Positions 18,511-26,566 are shown, counted from the first letter of the stretch. The stretch: 42,912 nt of DNA from Chloroflexota bacterium (GCA_041176225.1 JBEDDM010000003.1:1-42912); one strand, 5' to 3'. Program-made: numbers and translations. Notes: generated by a model from the sequence alone, not told the origin.

Positions 18511-18536
18511 AACGCCCCGAGCGTGGTGGGGGTTCC
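18511..18536 (-). promoter_or_regulatory. ECF sigma factor-type promoter GGAAC-N17-CGTT
   Basis: The minus strand reads GGAAC cccc accacgctcgggg CGTT, about 47 nt upstream of the DUF4349 start. Confidence 0.6.
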
Positions 18537-18566
18537 AGAGGTGCTCAACTGAGCACGAGAGTGGGC

Positions 18567-20279
18567 CTAGAAGAGGCCGACGATCTCCCCGCCACGGGTC
18601 AAGTCGAGATCGATCCGTTCGCCGCCAGGCGCCTTGTTGAGGCCAGGCATCAGACGCATGTCGCCGCAGATCGCGGTGATGAAGCCTGCCCCTGCCGCCA
18701 GCGTGACGCCACGAACGGGGACTCGGAAACCGGTTGGGCGACCGAGTTTACTCGCGTCATGGGAGAGCGAGTACTGCGTCTTCGCCATGCAGATCGGAAG
18801 CTTCCCGTAGCCGAGCTCCTCGAGTCTCGCGAGTCGTTTTGCAGCGGCAGGTGCAATGTCCACGCCGTCCGCGCCATAGATCCGCATCGCGATCGTCTCA
18901 ATCTTCTTTGCGAGCGGCACATCGTCTGCGTAGATCGGCGCGTATTTGGCTTCGCCAGATGTAACCGCCGCCCAGACCGCCTCGGCGAGTTCCGCCGCAC
19001 CCTTGCCACCATCGGTGAAGTGCGAGGAGATCACCGCGGCGCGTGCCCCTGCAGCAAGCGCGACGCGCTTGATCGCCTCGTGTTCTGCTGGTGTGTCGGT
19101 TGGGAACTTGTTGATTGCAACCACCGCGGGGATGCCGAAGGCGAGGACATTCTCTATCTGCTTCGCAAGATTCTGCGCGCCAGCTTCAACCGCCGCAACA
19201 TTCTCCTGATTCAGTGCTGGGTCGAGCGGCTTTCCTGCAACAATCTTTCCTACGCCGCCATGCATCTTCAGCGCGCGCACCGTCGCCACAATCACTGCCG
19301 CATCTGGTGCAATGCCAGAGGCGCGGCACTTGATATCAAAGAACTTCTCAGCCCCCATATCTGCGCCGAAGCCAGCCTCAGTCACAACGATCTCGCTCGT
19401 TGCAAGTGCCGCTCGATCCGCGATGATGGAGTTATTCCCGTGCGCAATGTTGGCGAACGGCCCTGCGTGCACAAAGGCAGGACCGCCTTCAAGCGTCTGC
19501 AGCAGATTCGGCTTGATTGCATCGCGCAGCAGTGCCGCCATTGCGCCAGCAACCTTCAGGTCTTCTGTTGTCACCGGTTTTCCGTCGGTGGTTTCGGCAA
19601 CCACAATGCGGCCGAGACGTGCGCGCAAATCAGCAAGATCTGAAGCGAGTGCGAGCACCGCCATCACTTCGCTCGCAACGGTGATCACCGTCTCTGATTC
19701 GCGGACCACGCCATTCTCTTTCCCGCCCAGACCGATGATCGTCTTTCGAATCGCTCGGTCACTGATGTCGACGACGCGCGGCCAGGTGATGGCGCGCAGA
19801 TCAATGTCGAGCGCGTTGCCGTGATGGAGGTGATTGTCCAGAAAGGCGGCGGCAAGGTTGTGTGCGGCGCCAATGGCGTGGACGTCACCCGTCAAGTGCA
19901 GGTTGAACTCTTCCATTGGAATGACCTGGCTGTGGCCGCCGCCAGCGGCGCCGCCCTTGATGCCGAAGACAGGGCCGAGACTCGGCTGGCGGATCGCCAC
20001 CGTTGCCCTCTTCCCGATCACGTTGAGCCCCTGCGCAAGACCGATCGTGGTGGTGGTCTTCCCTTCACCAAGTGGCGTTGGCGTGATCGCCGTCACCACC
20101 ACGTATTTGCCACGCGCGCCGAGCTTCTCCATGCGCTCAATCGCCTCAATGGAGATCTTCGCTTTGGTGCGACCGTACGGCTCCACCTCGTCTGGAGTGA
20201 AACCAAGATCCGCCGCAACGGCGTCGATTGGCTTTGGCGTGACGCTACGCGCGATCTCAAGGTCAGATGGAAACGACAT
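18567..20279 (-). CDS. fhs: Formate--tetrahydrofolate ligase
   Basis: TAITPTPLGEGKTTT, GIKGGAAGGG, FNLHLTGD, HAGPFANIAHG, TEAGFGADMGAEKF, CMAKTQYSLS. Confidence 0.97.
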   Translation of the reverse strand: MSFPSDLEIARSVTPKPIDAVAADLGFTPDEVEPYGRTKAKISIEAIERMEKLGARGKYVVVTAITPTPLGEGKTTTTIGLAQGLNVIGKRATVAIRQPSLGPVFGIKGGAAGGGHSQVIPMEEFNLHLTGDVHAIGAAHNLAAAFLDNHLHHGNALDIDLRAITWPRVVDISDRAIRKTIIGLGGKENGVVRESETVITVASEVMAVLALASDLADLRARLGRIVVAETTDGKPVTTEDLKVAGAMAALLRDAIKPNLLQTLEGGPAFVHAGPFANIAHGNNSIIADRAALATSEIVVTEAGFGADMGAEKFFDIKCRASGIAPDAAVIVATVRALKMHGGVGKIVAGKPLDPALNQENVAAVEAGAQNLAKQIENVLAFGIPAVVAINKFPTDTPAEHEAIKRVALAAGARAAVISSHFTDGGKGAAELAEAVWAAVTSGEAKYAPIYADDVPLAKKIETIAMRIYGADGVDIAPAAAKRLARLEELGYGKLPICMAKTQYSLSHDASKLGRPTGFRVPVRGVTLAAGAGFITAICGDMRLMPGLNKAPGGERIDLDLTRGGEIVGLF

Positions 20280-20289
20280 GAGCAGAAGT

Positions 20290-21159
20290 TTACGCCCCTG
20301 CGAGCCGAAGGGCCGCCTGCGCCGCCTGCAGCACCAGGATCGCGTTCGTCATCGGGCCTACTCCGCCAGGGACAGGGCTCAGCGCGCCCGTTTCGCCGAC
20401 CGCGTCGCGGACGCTCGCCTCGTCAACATCACCAACGATCTGATCCCCCTGGACGTGAATACCCACATCCACCACCACACAGCCAGGTGAGACATGCTCA
20501 CCGCGCACGAGTGCGCGGACACCCGCGGCAACCACAAGGATCTGGGCGGTTCGTGTCACAGCACCCATATCGGGCGTCTTTGAGTGAACGACCTCCACGT
20601 GTGCGCCCGCCAGGGCGAGGAGCTGCGCCACAGGGCGGCCCACGACGGCGCTCCGCCCCACTACTACCGCGCGTCGCCCCCGGATCTCAATCTGGTGCGC
20701 TCGAAGGAGCTCCATCACCGCTGCGGCAGTTGCTGGGAGCAGCGCTCCATCAAGGTCGCCTGCGCTCAGGCGCGCAGCGCTAGCAGCCGTGATCCCATCA
20801 ATGTCTTTCTCCGCAACAATCCTGGTGACGACGCGGGTTCGGTCCACTCCTTCAGGGAGTGGTGATTGGAGGATGATCCCAGCGACGTCAGCGTCTGCAG
20901 AGAGGCGCTCCAGTGCGGTCGTGATATCACCCTCGCTCGCCGTTGCGGGGAGCGAGATCTTCTTCACGGCAAACCCTGCCGTAGCCGCCTGCTTCAGGAG
21001 TTGTTCCATATAGATAAGCGCAGCCACATCCTCTGTTGCCGCAACGGCGGCGAGTACGGGCGCGCGACCACCTCGGGCCACTGTTGCGCGCTGCACACAC
21101 TCAGCGGCTTCCGCTGCGAGTTCGAGCGATCGCGGGCGCGCGCTAAGCGTTCGGCTCAC
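20290..21159 (-). CDS. folD: Methylene-THF dehydrogenase (FolD family)
   Basis: ILQSPLP, EKDIDG, VVGRSAVVGRP, HSKT, VVDVG, PVPGGVGPMT. Confidence 0.93.
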   Translation of the reverse strand: MSRTLSARPRSLELAAEAAECVQRATVARGGRAPVLAAVAATEDVAALIYMEQLLKQAATAGFAVKKISLPATASEGDITTALERLSADADVAGIILQSPLPEGVDRTRVVTRIVAEKDIDGITAASAARLSAGDLDGALLPATAAAVMELLRAHQIEIRGRRAVVVGRSAVVGRPVAQLLALAGAHVEVVHSKTPDMGAVTRTAQILVVAAGVRALVRGEHVSPGCVVVDVGIHVQGDQIVGDVDEASVRDAVGETGALSPVPGGVGPMTNAILVLQAAQAALRLAGA

Positions 21160-21755
21160 TGCGGGGTGGCGCGACGAAGCGCAATCAGTGCCGCTTCAGT
21201 CTGGTGTGCGAGCGTTGCTCGAATCTCCGCACTTTCAATGAACGGAAGGTTTGCCTCGACATTTTCCGCTGCGCTCTCGCCTGCGGCGCGCGCAAACCGC
21301 GCGGCAACGGCCAAGTCGCTCTCCGCAGAAGCGAGCGAACGGTCGGTGATGCTTTTCGCAGCCTCCGCAACTGTGACGCTTGCACGAAGGGTTGCGAGCG
21401 GCACTTCTGCTGCGCGTTGCGCGGCAGTTGAAAGTGTGGCGGTACGCGCAGCGCGTTCGCTCTCTGAGTTTTTCGGAAGCTTTAGCGCTTCCATGAATGC
21501 GGTGAACGCGGTGACATCTTCTTCGGCAAGCGCGAGTAACTCGCTCCGTGCCGCACGTGCTTGATCCAGCGCGGTGCGTTGAACAGCGGAGTGCTCACTC
21601 TCACCCTTCGCGAGCGAGAGGCCAGCGACCATCTCTACAAGCGCCGCCCCCATTGCACCCGTCACGCCGGCCGCGGAACCACCTCCAGGAGTTGGGGTTG
21701 CCGCGGCGAGCGCAGCTAGATAGTCGGCAAGCGAGGTAGACGGCAGGTGCGTCAT
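21156..21755 (-). CDS. fchA: Cyclodeaminase/cyclohydrolase family protein (FTCD_C; FchA-like methenyl-THF cyclohydrolase)
   Basis: PTPGGGSAA, ALKLPK, AAEVPL, SDL, NVEANL; SD GGAGG before ATG 21755; GTGA overlap with folD. Confidence 0.85.
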   Translation of the reverse strand: MTHLPSTSLADYLAALAAATPTPGGGSAAGVTGAMGAALVEMVAGLSLAKGESEHSAVQRTALDQARAARSELLALAEEDVTAFTAFMEALKLPKNSESERAARTATLSTAAQRAAEVPLATLRASVTVAEAAKSITDRSLASAESDLAVAARFARAAGESAAENVEANLPFIESAEIRATLAHQTEAALIALRRATPQ

Positions 21756-21785
21756 GCAACCCTCCCTAGCTTGCACGTGAAGAAG

Positions 21786-22286
21786 TTAGTCGGCCTCGTA
21801 ATCGCTGCCGCGACCGCTGTGCCTTCGGGCGAGAGAGAGTGCGATGGCGAGGGAGAGGACGAGCCCCGCGAGTGCGCCGAGTTCGTAGAGAAGCGGCGAG
21901 ATATCCTTGCCGGCGACCAACCACTGCTCGACCTGCGCGGTGGCGATCAGGATGCGTCGAACGACCGCAACGAGTCCGATGATGAGGAATGGTTCAAGGA
22001 TGAGCTGTGATCGCGCGAGTGAAATGCGTAGTGTGTAGATCAACTCCGCAATGATGAAGAGGAGGAGTACACGATCAAGGATCTTGAGCGCCGCTTCGAT
22101 GCTGCCAGATTGGAGCCCGACGACGATCTCATGAAGTACTTCACCGCCAATGATGAGGACCGCGACCAGGAGAACGCCAGCGAGTATGAGATCAAGTCCG
22201 ATCTCGACCAGGCGAAGCGCAGATCGCGCGGACTCGACGGGACCCTTGCCGCCTGAAACTCTCCGATTACGTCTCTGCTCTGCCAT
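21786..22286 (-). CDS. Phosphate-starvation-inducible PsiE family membrane protein
   Basis: LDRVLLLFIIAELIYT...EPFLIIGLVAVVRRIL signature; 4 TM; ATG 22286 with GATGCT 6 nt upstream. Confidence 0.8.
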   Translation of the reverse strand: MAEQRRNRRVSGGKGPVESARSALRLVEIGLDLILAGVLLVAVLIIGGEVLHEIVVGLQSGSIEAALKILDRVLLLFIIAELIYTLRISLARSQLILEPFLIIGLVAVVRRILIATAQVEQWLVAGKDISPLLYELGALAGLVLSLAIALSLARRHSGRGSDYEAD

Positions 22287-22321
22287 GGGCGTAGCATCGC
22301 ACGGCGGAGCACTTTGGCGAA

Positions 22322-22639
22322 CTAGGCGTGGCTGAAGAGGCCCCCAGGGGCCTCCAGTGCGGAGGCGAATGGGAGTGTGCTCCACGAATCGTCGAATGCT
22401 TCGATCGTCCATGCGCCGCTGCGGCGTGAGAAGGCGATCACGAGCGTTGCGTCCTCAGTCTCTAGCTCCCAGAGTGTGCGAGGGCCGGAGTTGGCACGGT
22501 AGGCACCGTGCTCCTGGCGCAAGGCGAGCACCTTGGTCACCTTACGCACGATCCCCTCGAAGGCGACCGCCTGAGGGGTCCCTTTCCACCAGTGCGCGGT
22601 CACCTTGACCGCGACTGGAACAATCTGCTGCATTGCCAT
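22322..22639 (-). CDS. Small DUF6504/ImuB C-terminal-like protein, LexA-regulated
   Basis: GTPQAVAFEG-x-RKV...RTLWEL...GAWTIEAFDD pattern resembles DUF6504/ImuB-C; SD GGAGG; two LexA boxes in the promoter. Confidence 0.65.
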   Translation of the reverse strand: MAMQQIVPVAVKVTAHWWKGTPQAVAFEGIVRKVTKVLALRQEHGAYRANSGPRTLWELETEDATLVIAFSRRSGAWTIEAFDDSWSTLPFASALEAPGGLFSHA

Positions 22640-22689
22640 TTCATGCCTCCCGCCCCGTGGGGCCCCCTTCCGGGGTCTGCTGCGAACTA

Positions 22690-22701
22690 GAACATCTGTT
22701 C
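22690..22701. promoter_or_regulatory. LexA (SOS) box 1
   Basis: GAACATCTGTTC = GAAC-N4-GTTC, just downstream of the predicted transcription start of the 22322-22639 gene. Confidence 0.88.
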
Positions 22702-22710
22702 GGCACAGCT

Positions 22711-22739
22711 AGTGTCATAGAACATCTGTTCTCTGTCAA
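22711..22739 (-). promoter_or_regulatory. Sigma-A promoter TTGACA-17-GACACT containing LexA box 2 (22720-22731)
   Basis: Minus strand: TTGACA (22739-22734), a 17-nt spacer holding GAACAGATGTTC, then GACACT (22716-22711). Confidence 0.8.
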
Positions 22740-22817
22740 GGGGTTGTTTTCGTAGGTGTGCGAGAATCCCCGCACCAGCGCGGGGGCCTCTCCCCGCCCC
22801 TAAGGAAGGAGCGCATC

Positions 22818-23264
22818 GTGAAGGTCATCCTCACCGCTAATGTCCCAAAGGTCGGCAAGGCCGGCGAACTCAAAGAAGTGGCGAGCGGGTACGCCCGGAA
22901 CTACCTGATCGCCAATGGCCTCGCCATCCCTGCGATCGGCGGGGCGGCGAATCGGGTCGCGGCGGAGATCGCCTCACGGGCCACCAAGGTTGATCGCGTC
23001 AAGCAGGAGGCGGAGGAGTACGCCAAGAAGATCAGCGCCACCGCCCTCACCATGGGGGTGAAGGTCGGCGAAGGCGGGAAGCTCTTCGGCTCCATCACCA
23101 ACAAGGAGATCGCTGACGCGCTCGAGCGCCGTGGCATCACCGTAGAGAAGCACCAGGTTCTCCTTGATGAACCGTTGAAGCAGCTCGGCACGTACAAGGT
23201 GCAGGTGAAGGTTGCGGCGCACCTCATCGCTGAGGTGACGGTCACGGTTGAACCGAAGAGCTAG
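22818..23264 (+). CDS. rplI: 50S ribosomal protein L9
   Basis: MKVILTANVPKVGKAGELKEVASGYARNYL, GKLFGSIT; SD AAGGAG before GTG 22818. Confidence 0.97.
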   Translation: MKVILTANVPKVGKAGELKEVASGYARNYLIANGLAIPAIGGAANRVAAEIASRATKVDRVKQEAEEYAKKISATALTMGVKVGEGGKLFGSITNKEIADALERRGITVEKHQVLLDEPLKQLGTYKVQVKVAAHLIAEVTVTVEPKS

Positions 23265-23292
23265 CCAGTCGCATCGCTGAGAGAAGAAACGG

Positions 23293-24480
23293 CTGACGGC
23301 AACGAACACGTCCGCACCCCGCAGCATCCTTCACGTTGATCTCGACGCCTTCTTTGCGTCAGTAGAGATCCGCGACAATCCGTCGCTTGCCGGAAAGCCT
23401 GTTGCTGTTGGTTACGGCGATGGACAGCGCGGCGTAGTCTGCGCCGCAAACTATGAGGCGCGCGCGTTCGGTGTGCGTGCGGCGCTCTCCACACATGTCG
23501 CGCGCGCGCGCTGCCCTCAGCTGATCCTCATTGAACCTCGCCATGATCGCTACAGCGAAGCCTCTGATGAGGTGATGTTGCTCCTTGATGCGTGGAGTCC
23601 GCTCATTGAGCAGGTCTCGGTTGACGAGGCGTACCTTGACCTCGCTGGAACGCAACAGTTGCACGGCGATGCGGCACAAGTTGCGCAAGGTCTGAAACGT
23701 GCCGTGCGCAAAGAGACTGGTTTAACGATCAGCGTCGGTGGCGGGGCAAGCAAGCTTGTGGCAAAGATCGCGTCAGGTGCATCAAAACCCGACGGTCTGC
23801 TCATCGTTCCCGCCGAAGAACAGGCGGCCTGGCTTGCACCACAGCCGGTCGGCGTCATCCCGGGAATTGGACCGGTTGCGCAGTCAACGCTGCGCGAACT
23901 TGGAGTTTCCACCTGCGGCGAACTCGCCGCCGCGCCTGACGATCACCTGCTGCGCAGGTTCGGCCCGCACGGTCCAAGCCTAAAGTTGCTCGCGATTGGC
24001 CAAGACGACAGCCCCGTTGACACAGGTGACGACCGAAAGTCACTCGGGCGTGAGGTGACTCTTGACGAAGATGTCGCCGACCCGCACGCGCTAGAAACGC
24101 TCCTGCTTGATCTTGTAGAGTCCGTTGCGCACTCGCTGCGCAAAGAGGAGCTACTTGCGCGCACTGTCACCCTCAAGCTAAAAGACACGGAGTTTGTCTC
24201 CATCACGCGGCAGGTGAAACTTCCTCAACCGAGCGCGTTGAGCGGGCCGATCTTTGAAGCGGCGCGTGCGCTACTCCGCGCAGCCGCACAGGGGGAGCCG
24301 TATCGACTCATCGGCGTCTCCGCCTCAGACTTTACGAGCGACGAACAGCTCGGACTCTTTGACGGCAAACGGACCGCGCGGGAGCAGGCCATCACCGCCG
24401 CCGCAGACGAACTGCGCGCAAAATTCGGCGACGGAGTGATCAGACGCGCGCGGCTCTTGCCTCCAGAGGACGAACCCTAA
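23293..24480 (+). CDS. dinB: DNA polymerase IV (Y-family), non-canonical start (probably CTG)
   Basis: Extending in frame upstream of the ORF-track start gives ILHVDLDAFFASVE...RGVVCAANYEARAFGV; SVDEAYLD, KIASGASKPDG and clamp motif QLGLF are present; in-frame TGA at 23278-23280. Confidence 0.92.
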   Translation: MTATNTSAPRSILHVDLDAFFASVEIRDNPSLAGKPVAVGYGDGQRGVVCAANYEARAFGVRAALSTHVARARCPQLILIEPRHDRYSEASDEVMLLLDAWSPLIEQVSVDEAYLDLAGTQQLHGDAAQVAQGLKRAVRKETGLTISVGGGASKLVAKIASGASKPDGLLIVPAEEQAAWLAPQPVGVIPGIGPVAQSTLRELGVSTCGELAAAPDDHLLRRFGPHGPSLKLLAIGQDDSPVDTGDDRKSLGREVTLDEDVADPHALETLLLDLVESVAHSLRKEELLARTVTLKLKDTEFVSITRQVKLPQPSALSGPIFEAARALLRAAAQGEPYRLIGVSASDFTSDEQLGLFDGKRTAREQAITAAADELRAKFGDGVIRRARLLPPEDEP

Positions 24481-25568
24481 GCGCGTACTGGCGCGGAGAC
24501 CTCTCGCTCGGGCTGCTCATGGTGGTGGAGCGACGCGTGAGGGTCGTGCCCATCGTGTGCGCACGGGTTCACGTGGATCTCCACGCTGCTGATTCGCGGG
24601 ATCTCATGGGTCAGCTCGTGGCGAACAAGCTCGGCGATCTCGTGTCCTCGCTCTACGGTCGCCTCCTTGTCCACGGTGATCGCGAACGAGGTCTCAATCG
24701 TATGCCCGACCCATCGAAGTCGAAGGTGTTCGACCGCCTGCACACCCGGCGTCGCACCAGCGATTCGCTCGACCTGATCCGTAAGCGATGGGTCCACGGC
24801 GTCCATCAGGCGGCCGAGCATCTGCTTCGACGCTGAACGCAAGACGAGCAAGATTGCGACCGAGATGAGCAGCCCAACAAGTGGGTCGGCGACCGGAAAT
24901 CCGAGCCCAACGCCGATCGCTCCGAAGACCACGGCGAGCGACGTAAGCCCGTCCGTTCGCGCGTGATACCCGTCTGCAACAAGTGCGGCAGAGCCGATTG
25001 CTCGACCGACGCGGATTCGATAGAGCGCAACGAGCTCGTTGCCAGCGAACCCGATGATTCCTGCTGCGATCACGATTGGAATGTTGCTCACCTGCACTGG
25101 GTTGATCAAGCGATTGATGGATTCGTACGCGGCGAGCACGGCCGACAGGAAGATCATCAAGAGGACGAAGAGCCCAGCGAGATCTTCTGCTCGTTTGTAT
25201 CCGTAGGTGTAGCGCCGATTTGCCGCGCGCCTGCCTAGGATAAAGGCGATCCAAAGCGGAATAGAGGTCATTGCGTCACTGAAGTTGTGAATCGTATCTG
25301 CGAGAAGGGCGACCGAACTCGTGATCGCGACGATGACTAGCTGCAAGACCGCCGTGATCCCCAAGCCAACGAGTGAGATCTTCACGGCGCGAATCCCGCG
25401 CGCGCTTCGCGTTAGCGCGTCGTCAATTGAGTCTGCGTGATCATGGCTGTGCCCAAAGAACTTTGAGAGCACCCCGCGCCAACCACTGTGGTGGTCGTGA
25501 TGCTCCCCGTGCTCGTGGGAATGATCGTGAGGGTGTTCATGGTCGTGATGCGATTGTTGTGCTGCCAT
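24477..25568 (-). CDS. Cation diffusion facilitator (Zn/Co/Ni/Fe exporter) with His-rich termini
   Basis: SVALLADTIHNFSDA, YTYGYKRAEDLAG, ADGYHARTD, LRLRWVGH; ATG 25568 with TACGAT 6 nt upstream. Confidence 0.92.
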   Translation of the reverse strand: MAAQQSHHDHEHPHDHSHEHGEHHDHHSGWRGVLSKFFGHSHDHADSIDDALTRSARGIRAVKISLVGLGITAVLQLVIVAITSSVALLADTIHNFSDAMTSIPLWIAFILGRRAANRRYTYGYKRAEDLAGLFVLLMIFLSAVLAAYESINRLINPVQVSNIPIVIAAGIIGFAGNELVALYRIRVGRAIGSAALVADGYHARTDGLTSLAVVFGAIGVGLGFPVADPLVGLLISVAILLVLRSASKQMLGRLMDAVDPSLTDQVERIAGATPGVQAVEHLRLRWVGHTIETSFAITVDKEATVERGHEIAELVRHELTHEIPRISSVEIHVNPCAHDGHDPHASLHHHEQPEREVSAPVRA

Positions 25569-25604
25569 CGAAAAATCGTACCCCAGCAATCACCCAGTTC
25601 GGTT

Positions 25605-25622
25605 ATTGCACCATGATGCAAT
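25605..25622. promoter_or_regulatory. Inverted repeat ATTGCA-N6-TGCAAT, candidate metalloregulator operator
   Basis: Perfect 6-6-6 palindrome in an AT-richer segment upstream of the CDF promoter. Confidence 0.4.
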
Positions 25623-25664
25623 TGCAGCGTGATTTCACTCTTGCGCAGACTTAAGAAACGCAGT

Positions 25665-25785
25665 TAAAACCCTGATGGGCTCTCGATGTTGCCCGGAACG
25701 CCTTTCGACTCGCCTAGTGCTCCACCGCGCCAACTTGGTGCGCGGTCCAACCCAGAAGCGCGGCTGGGAGGGATACGAGCCCAAG
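25665..25785 (-). ncRNA. Candidate structured sRNA (four-way junction)
   Basis: Closing helix GGGCUC/GAGCCC (25782-25777/25682-25677), three internal hairpins including GUC-GAAA-GGC, CACTCT upstream, U-run downstream. Confidence 0.45.
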
Positions 25786-25845
25786 GTAAAGAGTGATGGG
25801 GCCCTCTTGCATATGGGCCAGGGACATCCGCCTTGTGCCAGCTAC

Positions 25846-25874
25846 TTGACAAGATTCCGAACAGCCGTTCTAAT
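25846..25874 (+). promoter_or_regulatory. lexA promoter with autoregulatory LexA box (25859-25870)
   Basis: TTGACA-17-TCTAAT-6-ATG; GAACAGCCGTTC overlaps the spacer and -10. Confidence 0.85.
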
Positions 25875-25880
25875 GCTCTT

Positions 25881-26528
25881 ATGACCAAGCATGACCAGGA
25901 CAGGAAGACGCGGATCCTCCAGGCGATCGCCGAGGGGAGCCGTCGTTCAGGGACGCCCCCCACGGTGCGTGAGATCGCAGACCTCGTTGGCCTCGCCGCA
26001 CCATCGGCCGTCCATCACCACCTCGAGACCCTTGAGCGCGAGGGCCTCATCAAGCGAGACTCCGGCCTCTCCCGGTCGGTACGCCTCACCGCCCGCGGGC
26101 GCTCCCTCCTTGAGCTCGACGATGCGGTGGAGGCCACCAGTCTCCCAGCGGTCGCCCGCGACCTTGTTGTAGTTGGCCAGATTGCCGCAGGAGGTCCGAT
26201 CGAGGCCTACGAGGAGCGCTCCGAGACTGTGGCGGTTCCGGAGTTCATGTCCACCCCAGACTCCTACCTACTGAAGATCCGGGGTGACTCCATGATCGAC
26301 GCACAGATCGCCGATGGTGACTACGTGGTGATCAAGCCGAGCAAGGTTGCCGCGGACGGCGACATTGTGGTCGCGCAGGTGGAAGAGAATGAAGTCACGC
26401 TGAAGCAGCTCTTCCGCGAGCAGGGGCGTATCCGCCTCCAGCCGGCAAACAAGGCGTACGCGCCGATGTACTACCCAACCGTCAACGTGCAGGGCGTGCT
26501 CGTTGGCGTGCTTCGCCGCGTTCACTAA
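25881..26528 (+). CDS. lexA: SOS repressor LexA
   Basis: PPTVREI wHTH, IAAG cleavage site (Ala-Gly), GDSM (Ser) and VTLK (Lys) catalytic dyad. Confidence 0.96.
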   Translation: MTKHDQDRKTRILQAIAEGSRRSGTPPTVREIADLVGLAAPSAVHHHLETLEREGLIKRDSGLSRSVRLTARGRSLLELDDAVEATSLPAVARDLVVVGQIAAGGPIEAYEERSETVAVPEFMSTPDSYLLKIRGDSMIDAQIADGDYVVIKPSKVAADGDIVVAQVEENEVTLKQLFREQGRIRLQPANKAYAPMYYPTVNVQGVLVGVLRRVH

Positions 26529-26566
26529 TCCACAAAACGGCGCGCGAGGGCGCCGACTTATCCACA
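26526..26566 (+). promoter_or_regulatory. Two DnaA boxes upstream of dnaB
   Basis: TTATCCACA (26558-26566, perfect) and TAATCCACA (26526-26534, 1 mismatch), same orientation. Confidence 0.7.

Noticed and set aside
18561-21564. Long antisense ORFs (e.g. 18561-19643, 19821-20783; likewise 6323-7147, 33747-34541)
   Set aside because: Shadows of well-supported genes on the opposite strand in high-GC DNA, with no recognisable motifs.
21756-21790. ZTP or THF riboswitch upstream of fchA-folD-fhs
   Set aside because: The spacer is about 30 bp and has no consensus elements.
22688-22731. 14-bp direct repeat TAGAACATCTGTTC as a CRISPR or iteron array
   Set aside because: Only two short copies, no cas genes; fully explained as LexA boxes matching the one at the lexA promoter.
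23473-24480. dinB as an N-terminally truncated pseudogene (ORF-track call)
   Set aside because: The missing conserved N-terminus is present in frame with no stop or frameshift; only the start codon is atypical.
25655-25682. Hammerhead ribozyme (GAAAC ... CTGATG)
   Set aside because: The core reads CTGATGG rather than CTGANGA, and the required stems cannot form.
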